From NCBI GenBank assembly GCA_047601445.1, contig JASGJH010000001.1:5216001-5280000 (forward strand): 64,000 bases of DNA, read 5' to 3'. This document shows, piece after piece, positions 40,758 to 49,495 of the stretch. Position numbers and translations under genes: made by a program. The notes beneath the pieces are model-generated. The model had not been told where the DNA came from, searched no databases, and saw only the letters and a list, made by a program, of their open reading frames with translations. Origin of the DNA: Myxococcales bacterium. Its GTDB lineage: Bacteria > Myxococcota_A > Polyangia > Polyangiales > DASUME01. Numbering within the stretch: the stretch's first letter is position 1; the number at the start of each line of letters is the position of its first letter.

Positions 40758-41228
40758 CTACGCCGCGCCGAGCAGTGTGCCCATGCGGTCGAGCAACGCC
40801 AGCGTACCTATCTCGCGCGAGCGTAAGTCCTCCGCACCGCCTTCGAGAAACGCTGCCTGTTCCGTGTATTTCATGCGCGTGCCACCCTGTGACGTCCGCG
40901 CGAACTCCACGCTCGCCAGCGACGTTGACAGATGCTTGGAACTGACGTGCATGTCGTACGCATAGACGATGAGCTGCTCGGGCTCGATCACGAAGTAGTG
41001 CGCCACGAAGAGTGAGGAGCCCGCGAGGAAACGTCCGTGCAAAATCTCCGTGCCACCCACACGAAAGTCGAGCTTGCGCTCGATCAGGGTCCAGCTCTCG
41101 GGCGGACCCGCGAACCAGTTCGCCTTGAGCTCGGGGTCCGACCAAGCCGCGAAGCTCCGATCTGGAGCCGCCCGAAAGCTGCGCTCGATGCTGAAGGTGC
41201 CGTGATGAAGGGGGGAACGGGGACTCAT
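40758..41228 (-). CDS. SRPBCC/AHSA1-like domain protein
   Basis: TFSIERSF, AWSDPELKANWF, DFRVGG; GAAGGAAG upstream. Confidence 0.88.
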   Translation of the reverse strand: MSPRSPLHHGTFSIERSFRAAPDRSFAAWSDPELKANWFAGPPESWTLIERKLDFRVGGTEILHGRFLAGSSLFVAHYFVIEPEQLIVYAYDMHVSSKHLSTSLASVEFARTSQGGTRMKYTEQAAFLEGGAEDLRSREIGTLALLDRMGTLLGAA

Positions 41229-41263
41229 GGTGCTTCCTTCTCTCTCACTGGATGTCGCTAGAA

Positions 41264-41914
41264 TCAGGCGCCCGCGCGCACGAACTTGAGGTGCACGACC
41301 TTGGGGGCGGCCACGGTGCGCACGAGCGAGAGGCCATGTAGATCGGTCCCCAGGCCATCGAACAAGCGCTCGCCTGCACCGAGCAGCACCGGCGACAAGT
41401 TGAGCTCCATCTCGTCCACCAACCCGGCGCGGAGATACTGCTGTGCCGCATGGGCTCCACCGGCCAGCGTCACGTCCTTGCCCTGGGCCGCCCGGCGCGC
41501 CTGCGCGAGCGCGGACTCGATACCGTCGGTCACGAACGTAAACGTGGTGCCGCCCTCCATCACCAGCGGCTCGCGCGCGTGCTGGGTCAGCACGAAGACC
41601 GGATGATGATAGGGCGGGTTCGCTCCCCACCAGCCGTTCCAGGGGTTTTCCGCGGGCCAGGGCCCCTTGCCGCCACCGAACATGTTGCGCCCCATGATCG
41701 TGGCGCCGATGTTGGCGTTGGCCTCTTGCACGACCTGCGTGCTCTCGTTCACCTCGCCCCCCTCCATGCCGAGCATGGAGCGGAACTCGCGGAGGGCGAA
41801 GGCCCACTCGTGCAGGCGGCGACCTCCCAGCCCGAGGGGATTCTCGAGGCTCTGCTGAACGCCGGCCACGTAGCCGTCGAGTGAAATGGAAATCTTGAAG
41901 CGCAGCTTGGACAT
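41264..41914 (-). CDS. Dihydrofolate reductase family (RibD C-terminal-like) protein
   Basis: ISISLDGYVAG, IMGRNMF, AGGA, GLVDEMEL..PVLLGAG. Confidence 0.9.
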   Translation of the reverse strand: MSKLRFKISISLDGYVAGVQQSLENPLGLGGRRLHEWAFALREFRSMLGMEGGEVNESTQVVQEANANIGATIMGRNMFGGGKGPWPAENPWNGWWGANPPYHHPVFVLTQHAREPLVMEGGTTFTFVTDGIESALAQARRAAQGKDVTLAGGAHAAQQYLRAGLVDEMELNLSPVLLGAGERLFDGLGTDLHGLSLVRTVAAPKVVHLKFVRAGA

Positions 41915-41952
41915 GGTTTGACTCCGGTGTGTCGATTGCTTTGCCGATGGCG

Positions 41953-42318
41953 TCAGGTCTTGTCGTTCTTCTTCTTGCGCGGCGTTGTCGGGGGTTCGTC
42001 GCCGTCGAGCAGCGCTGCGAGCCGATCGAAGCGGCGTTCCCAGGTGGAACGACGCTGCGAGATCCAGCTCTCGGCCGCCGACAGCGCGCGCGGCTCGAGC
42101 CGACAGGTGCGCACGCGGCCGACCTTCTCCGTCTTGATCACGCCACTCTGCTCGAGCACCTGGACGTGCTGCACCACGGCCGCCAGCGTCATCTCGAGGG
42201 GCTCGGCCAGCTCGCTCACGGAGAGTGGCCCGCGGCTGAGTCGCTCCAGCATGGCGCGACGCGCGGGGTCGCCGAGCGCGTGGAAGACACGGTCCAGGGC
42301 CGCCTGATGCTCAAGCAT
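41953..42318 (-). CDS. ArsR/SmtB family regulator
   Basis: FHALGDPARRAMLERL, SVSELA, QHVQVLEQSG, KVGRVR. Confidence 0.93.
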   Translation of the reverse strand: MLEHQAALDRVFHALGDPARRAMLERLSRGPLSVSELAEPLEMTLAAVVQHVQVLEQSGVIKTEKVGRVRTCRLEPRALSAAESWISQRRSTWERRFDRLAALLDGDEPPTTPRKKKNDKT

Positions 42319-42369
42319 ATGCTTTAGTATATGCTTAGCCTCAAGACAGTCAAGCGCTTGCTTTAGTAT
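42311..42369 (-). promoter_or_regulatory. Sigma-70 promoter and duplicated operator-like boxes of the ArsR operon
   Basis: -35 TTGACT (42353-42348), 16 bp spacer, -10 TATACT (42331-42326); TCAAGC-N3-TGCTTTAGTAT at 42311 and 42350. Confidence 0.65.
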
Positions 42370-42525
42370 TTCTACGGCGGCGTTTTGGCAGTGCGTTGCG
42401 ACGAGGTGACGTTTTCGTGCCTGCTATGGCGTAGTCCCCATTTCGGGGTTAGCGTCGTTTCGCCGTCGTTTTCGGCACGGCCGGGGGATGTTCGTCTGGA
42501 GCTGAAGCGAATTCTGCGCGCGTCG

Positions 42526-43485
42526 ATGGGGCGCGCGTTCCTGGTTCTCTGCGTCCTGGGCGCGGCTTGTCGCGGCAAGATGGGCCCCGAGGGCCAAGCT
42601 GGTCAGCCCGGCCTGCCAGGCGACGACGGCGCACCGGGGGACTCGGGCGACGCAGGTCCCGCGGGCCCACCCGGCCACAACGGAGCAGACGCCGGCGCCG
42701 GTCCCAACGGCAACCTCAACGTCACGTGGGAGTGCGAGTGGTGCGTGGCGAGTGACAAGCCCTCCTGCACGCTCGATGGCAGCGCGCTCCAGGTCTGCGT
42801 GGACGATGGTGGCGGCTGCGGCCACTGGGAGAGGGTCGAGGACTGCGAGTTCGGCTGCGGCTACAACCCCGGCGATCAGTTCGACGACCTCGGCAATCCC
42901 CAGGCCGACCGCAACGAGTGTCGCAGCGAGGCCTCCACGGCTTCGTGCTGGAACGACGTGGTGTGCCCTCCTGGCACGGAGTGTCGCGACGACCTCGGCA
43001 CCTGCGACGAGGCGCTCACGTGGGTGGCGGCCAGCGCCACGCTGACGACGGCGTTCGACGGCAAGGTCCACCACTTCGACTCGCTGTTCGAGCTCGCGAA
43101 CGTGGACTGCAGCGGCAGCACGGCCAGCTACTGGGATCAGAGCAGCACGCGCAACTGCAGCCTGAGCCTGGAATTCGTGCGCTGGAGCGCGAGCGATCAG
43201 GGCGAAGCCTACGAGGGACATCCGGTAAGCGCAGGCGGCTTCGAGGTGGATGAACTCACCGAGACGGGCTCCCAGGAAGTCCGCTGTAGCGGAGACGCCT
43301 TGAGCGCAAACAAATTTAGCTCACGTCTGAGCACCTGCTTCCTGACCGTGGCCGCGATGGACCTGACCCCGGGTGGCTTCGTCGTGGGGAACTTCGTGCG
43401 CACGGACGCAGTGACGGGCCCAGGCGATCAGACCGATCAGAGCTCTTTCTCGCTGGCCGGCACCTTCCGCGTCCAAGTCCCCTGA
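42526..43485 (+). CDS. Lipoprotein with collagen-like Gly-X-Y repeat and Cys-rich region
   Basis: LGAAC lipobox; about 13 Gly-X-Y triplets GKMGPEGQAGQPGLPGDDGAPGDSGDAGPAGPPGHNGAD. Confidence 0.75.
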   Translation: MGRAFLVLCVLGAACRGKMGPEGQAGQPGLPGDDGAPGDSGDAGPAGPPGHNGADAGAGPNGNLNVTWECEWCVASDKPSCTLDGSALQVCVDDGGGCGHWERVEDCEFGCGYNPGDQFDDLGNPQADRNECRSEASTASCWNDVVCPPGTECRDDLGTCDEALTWVAASATLTTAFDGKVHHFDSLFELANVDCSGSTASYWDQSSTRNCSLSLEFVRWSASDQGEAYEGHPVSAGGFEVDELTETGSQEVRCSGDALSANKFSSRLSTCFLTVAAMDLTPGGFVVGNFVRTDAVTGPGDQTDQSSFSLAGTFRVQVP

Positions 43486-43542
43486 GTCTCCCGCTACCTT
43501 CCTTGCGGTCCGCGCAAGCGGCAGGGATGCTATGGCTTGCCC

Positions 43543-44121
43543 ATGGCTGAGTATCCGTGCCCGTGGGCGCCCATCGATGACCCGCTGTATCGCGCGTACC
43601 ACGACACCGAGTGGGGCGTGCCCGTGCGTGATTCCCGCGCGCTCTGGGAAAAATTTCAGCTCGACGGATTTCAGGCAGGCCTCTCCTGGATCACCATCCT
43701 GCGCAAGCGCGAGGCGCTGCGGCGTGAACTGGATCAGTTCAAGCCCGAGAAGCTCGTCCGCTGGAACGAGGCCCGCATCGCCAAGGCCCTCACCAACGAG
43801 AAGATCATCCGCAGTCCCGCGAAGATCCGCGCGACCATCGGCAATGCGCGGGTCTACCTGGACATGCGCGAGGCAGGGCTCGATTTCTCCGACTATCTCT
43901 GGGGTTTCGTCGACGGCGAGCCGCTCCTGTCGCGCCTCACCAACTACCGCGAAGCGCCCACCAAGACGGAAATCTCGGAGAAGATCGCCAAAGACATGAA
44001 GCGTCGTGGCTTCAAGTTCTGCGGTCCGACCATCGTCTATGCTTGCATGCAGGCAGTGGGGATGGTGAACGACCATGAGAAGCGCTGCCCGCGCTACAAA
44101 GAGATCCAAGCCCTCTACTAA
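43543..44121 (+). CDS. tag: DNA-3-methyladenine glycosylase I
   Basis: CPWA, YHDTEWG, FQAGLSWITIL, GFKFCGPT, VNDH...C. Confidence 0.95.
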   Translation: MAEYPCPWAPIDDPLYRAYHDTEWGVPVRDSRALWEKFQLDGFQAGLSWITILRKREALRRELDQFKPEKLVRWNEARIAKALTNEKIIRSPAKIRATIGNARVYLDMREAGLDFSDYLWGFVDGEPLLSRLTNYREAPTKTEISEKIAKDMKRRGFKFCGPTIVYACMQAVGMVNDHEKRCPRYKEIQALY

Positions 44122-44527
44122 CAAGCGCGCCCTGAATGCAGCCGCGAGCGGCGATCGATTAGCCCAGAGCCCTCTCGTACCTTCACGAAGGGTCCGCAGG
44201 TCACGCGGCGTGGCGTTCTTGCGCAAGCTAGTGGGCGCCTGACTCCTCGCGAAGTGCCTTGAAAATGGGCTCCGCAGCAGATCTTCCTTCGCCTGCCCCG
44301 TGTCCGCGCGATCACCGCCTGGTGAACGACTGCCGAGGTCGGTTTCGAGCGCGAGGACATCAAGAAACAAAACACTGTCACGCCATTCGCTGGTTGCTTT
44401 GGAGTGACGATGGCCCAGTTAGGGTGACATATTGGGCCCCAGCGTCGACCGGCGCTGTACTGGCTGCTAGCAAACATCACCCGTGGGTGGCTCGAGGGCT
44501 TCCCCTTCTCTTCCCCCGAGAGAGTGC

Positions 44528-45307
44528 ATGCGACAACTCGTCAACCGCATCATCGACCGCATCATGTGCGCGATAAGGGCTGTGTGGTTCTTGCGCGCGG
44601 CAAACAAGCGCGGGCGCGGCATCCGGATGCGCGGCCGCACGTGGCTGCAAAACCGCGGGCGCATCCTGGTGGGCAATCGCGTGGGGTTCCACGCCGGTCC
44701 CATCGCGACCGAGCTCAGCGCGCTCGACGGTGGCGTCCTGGAGATCGGCGACGACTCGATGGTCAACTACGGCTGTTCTTTCACCGCCAGCCGCCACATC
44801 CGCATCGGGAACCGCTGCCGCTTCGGCATCGGCGTCATCATGACGGACTCGCATCTGCACCGCGAAGAACCCGAGCGCCGGGCCGAGCGGCCCACCCCCA
44901 AGACGATCACCGTCGAAGACGACGTGTGGCTGGCCAACCGCGTCATCGTTCTGCCTGGTGTCACACTGGGGCGCGGTTGCATCGTGGGTGCCGGCAGCGT
45001 GGTGACGCGTTCCATCGCCCCTTACATGCTGGCAGCGGGCAATCCTGCGCGGGTCATCCGTCCTATCGCGCTCGACGGCCGTGAGAGCCTGACCACCACC
45101 TTCGCGCAGATCGAGGAGCGGATCGAGCCCGGCATCATCGCCATGCAACCCGTGCAGGAAGAGCGCCCGGACCCGCGGATGCCGGCTTCCTCGGGCTTGC
45201 ACGCCAAGGTCGGCGATGGGCCCGAGGCCACCAGCGTGCCCGTGGTCGAAGAGCGGCCGAACAACGTCACGTCCATCAGCAGCGGACGCGGACGCTCGGC
45301 GGGCTAG
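44528..45307 (+). CDS. Hexapeptide-repeat (left-handed beta-helix) acyltransferase
   Basis: IGDDS, VEDDVWL, VLPGVTLG, VGAGSVV, AGNPAR. Confidence 0.9.
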   Translation: MRQLVNRIIDRIMCAIRAVWFLRAANKRGRGIRMRGRTWLQNRGRILVGNRVGFHAGPIATELSALDGGVLEIGDDSMVNYGCSFTASRHIRIGNRCRFGIGVIMTDSHLHREEPERRAERPTPKTITVEDDVWLANRVIVLPGVTLGRGCIVGAGSVVTRSIAPYMLAAGNPARVIRPIALDGRESLTTTFAQIEERIEPGIIAMQPVQEERPDPRMPASSGLHAKVGDGPEATSVPVVEERPNNVTSISSGRGRSAG

Positions 45308-46557
45308 CGCGTCAGCGGGACCGGCGCCGCGAAGTACTTCGCCACGGCGTTCTTGAACTGGCCGCCATCGGTCTTCGGGTCGGTTTGATTGCCGGCCCCG
45401 GTGCCGAACACGGCGCCCACACCGCCTGCGGCGATGAACTCGTCGATGTGCTCGAAGATGTACTTTACACGGTTGTCTCGGTACTGACCGGGCTTGCCGC
45501 CGGGCGTGTCGCTCGGAACGCCGAAAGGCGTTTGCCACCAGAGCATGGGCTTGCCCACGCCCGTGGTCAGCGTCTTCACCCAGTCGAGGTGTTCGTGGAA
45601 GTTGGGGCTCGTCTGGTTGGTGGCGTCCCAGTAGAACGCGCCACCGCGCTGGCAGTTGGGATCCACGTGGGCCTCGAAGCAGCCCGCATCGCGGTCGAGG
45701 GTGTCGGTGGTGAGGAAGTCGGCCTTGCCCGCGCCGATGTCCGTCAGGAAGCGCGCGATCTTGGCCACGTCGGGATCGGCCCAGCTCGACGCGTGAAAGC
45801 CAACCAGGGCCTTGGGCGCGTACTTGCGTGCGAGCTGCACCAAGCACTCGCCCATGCCCACGAGATTTTCGGGGAGGCCGTTGCAGTCGGGCGCGAGCGA
45901 GCCCACGTGCACGGGTAACTTGGAGGGATCTCCGCCGGGGGACTTTTGCTGTACGTAGCCCCAGAAATCAGGCTCGAACTGCACCAACGCCGCATCACCG
46001 AACATCGCCAGGCGCTGGTAGAGCAACTTCGCGCTGTCCCAGTAGGCCTTCATGTACGCGTCGTCGGTCAGCACCGAAACGTTGTTCTCGCCCGACGCTG
46101 CCATGGCGTAGAGCGTGAACATCGGCGTGGCGTGATGCTTCTTGGCGGAGTCCGCGATGATGTTGACGAAGCTGCCGTCGGTGTTCCAGTCGGGCCAACC
46201 GTTGCGTCCCTTGAGCCCCACGAGATAGACGTAGTGGACGTCGAGCGTGCTGCCGAGCGTGAAGGCACCGTCGAGATCGTGGTTGCCGCTCTGGTCGAAG
46301 TCGTTGCCCATGCCGATCAAGAAGTTCGACTTGCCGAGCTTGCTGGCGAGCTCGCTCGCACTCGTGGGTGAGCCGCCGCCGCCACCGGCGGTCGCATCGG
46401 AGCCGCCGCCGTCGAGGTCGCCCAGCGGCGGGCCGCGCATGGGCTCGGGTTCGGGATCGGCGTCAGAACAGCCTACGAGCGCGGTCAGCAACCAGGGTAA
46501 GGCTGCGCGAAGTCCGATCTGAGGGTGGCGAGAGAGACGAGGAGCCTGTGGCGACAT
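45304..46557 (-). CDS. Lipoprotein, glycoside-hydrolase-like (clan A-type) candidate
   Basis: LVGC lipobox; aromatic-rich catalytic-like domain with FEPDFWGY and WWQTP. Confidence 0.6.
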   Translation of the reverse strand: MSPQAPRLSRHPQIGLRAALPWLLTALVGCSDADPEPEPMRGPPLGDLDGGGSDATAGGGGGSPTSASELASKLGKSNFLIGMGNDFDQSGNHDLDGAFTLGSTLDVHYVYLVGLKGRNGWPDWNTDGSFVNIIADSAKKHHATPMFTLYAMAASGENNVSVLTDDAYMKAYWDSAKLLYQRLAMFGDAALVQFEPDFWGYVQQKSPGGDPSKLPVHVGSLAPDCNGLPENLVGMGECLVQLARKYAPKALVGFHASSWADPDVAKIARFLTDIGAGKADFLTTDTLDRDAGCFEAHVDPNCQRGGAFYWDATNQTSPNFHEHLDWVKTLTTGVGKPMLWWQTPFGVPSDTPGGKPGQYRDNRVKYIFEHIDEFIAAGGVGAVFGTGAGNQTDPKTDGGQFKNAVAKYFAAPVPLTR

Positions 46558-46606
46558 GGCGCGATTATGCCAAAAAGCCCCGTCTGGGCGCCTATACTTG
46601 TGTACG

Positions 46607-47494
46607 GTGCCGCTCCGGAACCTCGCACGCCCCCTGGCCCTCCTGTTCGGAGTCGGAACACTGGCCTCTCTTTGGAACTGGGCGTCGCAGGCTTGGCAGG
46701 GCACCACGGTGCGCTCCGCCTTCAAGGAACCCACCACGTCGCGACCTTACTGGTTGATGGTGCGCAGCGATCACGACCCGAGCCGGCCGACCCCGGTGCT
46801 GTTCGCCCTCCACGCCTACGCCACGGCGCCCGACGTGCTGGTGCGCGGGTATTCGTTGGAATCCCTGGCGGTGCGCGACCGCGGCTTCGTGGTGGTCGTC
46901 CCCGAAGGCATGCGGGACCAGGACGGCCAGTACTCCTGGAATGCCAGCAGCGCTTGTTGCGGGACGGGGCCGGCGCGCCCCGACGACCTCGCCTACCTCG
47001 ACGCAGTCCTCACCGACGTGGCGCGCCACTACGCCATCGACGATGGACACATCATGGCGCTAGGGGTCTCCAACGGCGGCTTCATGGCCCATCGCTGGGC
47101 TTGCCAGGCGGGCTCGAAGCTGAGCGCCATCGCGAGTATCTCCGGCATGGGGCCGGGACCTCAGGACCCACCCTGCGCCGCGGGAAGTCATGTGGCCGTG
47201 CTGCAGGTCCACGGGGATGCCGACGAGGTGATCCACTATCGAGGAGGCCACATGCGGGACGCGAGCTATCCGTCCGCGCAAGACTCCCTGGCGCCGTTCC
47301 TGCGCGTCAGCGGTGCCGAGGCCAAGCCCCAGGTCCGCACCTCACGCACGCTGCTCTACGGACGCATACGCAAGCAGGAGTGGAAGGCAGGCCAAGCCCC
47401 CATCGCGCTCTGGACGGTGGAGGGCGGCCCCCATCACCTGCGCGCAGCGCAGGCGAGCGTGCCCGAGATCCTGGATTTCCTCGAGCGACTCTGA
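46607..47494 (+). CDS. LpqC/PHB-depolymerase family esterase
   Basis: LFALH, WNASSACC, DDLAYL, GVSNGG, VHGDAD; start uncertain. Confidence 0.85.
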   Translation: MPLRNLARPLALLFGVGTLASLWNWASQAWQGTTVRSAFKEPTTSRPYWLMVRSDHDPSRPTPVLFALHAYATAPDVLVRGYSLESLAVRDRGFVVVVPEGMRDQDGQYSWNASSACCGTGPARPDDLAYLDAVLTDVARHYAIDDGHIMALGVSNGGFMAHRWACQAGSKLSAIASISGMGPGPQDPPCAAGSHVAVLQVHGDADEVIHYRGGHMRDASYPSAQDSLAPFLRVSGAEAKPQVRTSRTLLYGRIRKQEWKAGQAPIALWTVEGGPHHLRAAQASVPEILDFLERL

Positions 47495-47684
47495 GCGCAC
47501 CCGTGAGCGAAGCGAACCTCGCGGTGGGGTGGGCCCCGGCGCGGCTTTGCCGCGACGGGCGGGGAGGTCGCGTGACCTCGTAGGTGAAGATGCGAGCGCA
47601 CCCGTGAGCGAAGCGAACCTCGCGGTGGGGTGGGCCCCGGCGCGGCTTTGCCGCGACGGGCGGGGAGGTCGCGTGACCTCCCCG
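47493..47684. repeat. Two identical tandem 87-bp REP-like elements (47493-47579, 47594-47680)
   Basis: Exact direct repeat with 14-bp spacer; hairpins CGCGGC-TTT-GCCGCG and CGGGGAGGTC-GCGT-GACCTCCCCG. Confidence 0.95.
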
Positions 47685-47688
47685 ATAA

Positions 47689-48898
47689 TTAAGCCTCGAC
47701 GGCCTCGCGGCGCTTGCCGTTGGTCGCGGTGGCGGAGGGCCGGCGCTCTCGGACGCCCGACTCCATGGGCTCGCGCGTAACTGCCGACTCGGTGTCTGCC
47801 GGCGCGATGCGCTGCTCGAGCGCGGCCACCGTGGTGTCATGCACCGCCGCAGCCAGCTCGAGCGCCCAGCGCTCGAGGGTCGCGTTCTCTTCGAGCCAGC
47901 GACGCGCAGCGCGCCCGAGACGCGTGCGCAACGCCGCATCCGTACGCAGCCGCTCGATGGCGGCGCGCCAACCCTCCACGGAACCCGGGGCCACGTAGAG
48001 ACCGTTTTGACCGTCCTCGATGGCGTCGGTCTGACCGATGGTCCCCGTGACCAGCACCGCCTTGCCCATGGCCATGGCCTCGAGGATGGTGGTGATGCCG
48101 GCCTGGAAGTCGTTCTCGTAGAGCGGCACTACCACGAACGAAGACTCGGCGTACAGGTCGCGCAGCTCGCCGTACTCATAGCGACGCGCATCGACGTGCG
48201 CAGGCAAGGTGCGGTTCTGGACCTCGCTCGTGTGCTTGGACCAGGGCGACGCGGCGGCGAGCTTGACCTTGAGGTCCGTCTTCTCCGCCACGGCATCGAC
48301 CAGCGTGGGGTAGTCGCGCCACTCGAGGCCGGCGGCGCAGATTCTGATTCTCGTCGACCGCCGCCTTGGGCAGCGGGCGATAGAAGCGGTGGTCCGCGTG
48401 GAAGGAGATGAGCCGAACGATCTCGGAGGGAATGCCGATGACCGAGCGCGCGAAGTCACGCTGGGTGGACGCGTACACGAAGATCGCGTCCATCTGCCGG
48501 TGCAGCTTGAACCAGCGGAACAGCACTTCTTTCTTCCGCGGCGACAGGCGATGCCCGATGGTCACGTGGCGGGGCCGACGGGCGACCGTCTTGAGCAGCA
48601 TCGCGAGCGGCATGGCCACGTTCTCGGCGTTCGTGAAGAGCGTGTCGTGCTCCTTGCGACGCAAGAAACCCATCACTGCCAGGGCCACGTCGCGACCCGC
48701 GAGCTTGCGCACCGCCTGCACCAGCGGATTCGCGTCGCGATCGACAGCCGCGTAGTCCAGCAGGTCGACCTGATCGCCCGGCACGGCGCGCAGCGTCTTG
48801 GCCAGCGCGTCGTAGTCCATGGTGGGATGGCGATCCGCCGCGATGTCCGACTCGAGGCCGGACTTGGCGTAGCTGGGAATCAGGAGGAGAGTCTTCAT
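47689..48898 (-). CDS. GT4 glycosyltransferase with a +1 frameshift near 48342 (~402 aa once corrected)
   Basis: N-half in ORF 48176..48973 (MKTLLLIPS) and C-half in ORF 47689..48459 (AGITTILEAMAMGKAV, NGLYV); removing one base gives ENQICAAGLEWRDY. Confidence 0.85.
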
Positions 48899-49315
48899 CT
48901 CTGTCTTACCCCGCAAGGAAAACTGTCGCGCCCAACATGCTACCGGGATAGCAGGTTTTGGGACACCGATCATAGTGGCCGCCCGGTTGAGGTAGGCCTG
49001 TCAGCGAAGGAAGCGCCGCGCTCTGTTCCGGCCGATTGCGCAGTCACCTTTGCGTGCTGCGCTCCCCACACCGGACCGAGGAGCTGTGAGGGTGTGGCCT
49101 CGTGTGTGTATGATTTCCAGTAGCCCAGGCGACGCGACGCGTCAACGGCTGTTCTCCAAGTGCGCGTGACCTTTTCAGGTCCATCGTGAGTCAGCGCTCA
49201 AGTTCTTACGTTCGCAACCTGCGAAACCTTGCTTTCTTTCGGCAAAATGTCCGTTTCCTTACGGCATCCGGGGGTGCGGTAGAAGCGGACTGAGGGGGCG
49301 CGCGAGGGCTTGCGC

Positions 49316-49486
49316 TCAGTCGAAGCGACCCCACAAAAAGCGCAGCATGAGGAAGTACACCACGTAGAAGATGAGCAGGTCCTTGGTCATCTTGCGCAAG
49401 CCCTTGCGGGTGTCGGACTCGCGCGAAGCCCGCACCGGAATCACCAGCAGCGCGAACACCACGGACATCAAAATGGCTTTCGACAT
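49316..49486 (-). CDS. Small 56-aa two-TM protein downstream of wzy (absent from the ORF track)
   Basis: GGGAG RBS; MSKAILMSVVFALLVIPVRASRESDTRKGLRKMTKDLLIFYVVYFLMLRFLWGRFD; high GC3; 9-bp gap after the wzy stop. Confidence 0.75.
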   Translation of the reverse strand: MSKAILMSVVFALLVIPVRASRESDTRKGLRKMTKDLLIFYVVYFLMLRFLWGRFD

Positions 49487-49495
49487 GCTGACTCC

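Noticed and set aside
47493..47684. CRISPR array
   Set aside because: Only two 87-bp repeats with a 14-bp spacer, dispersed copies elsewhere and no cas genes; fits a REP-like element
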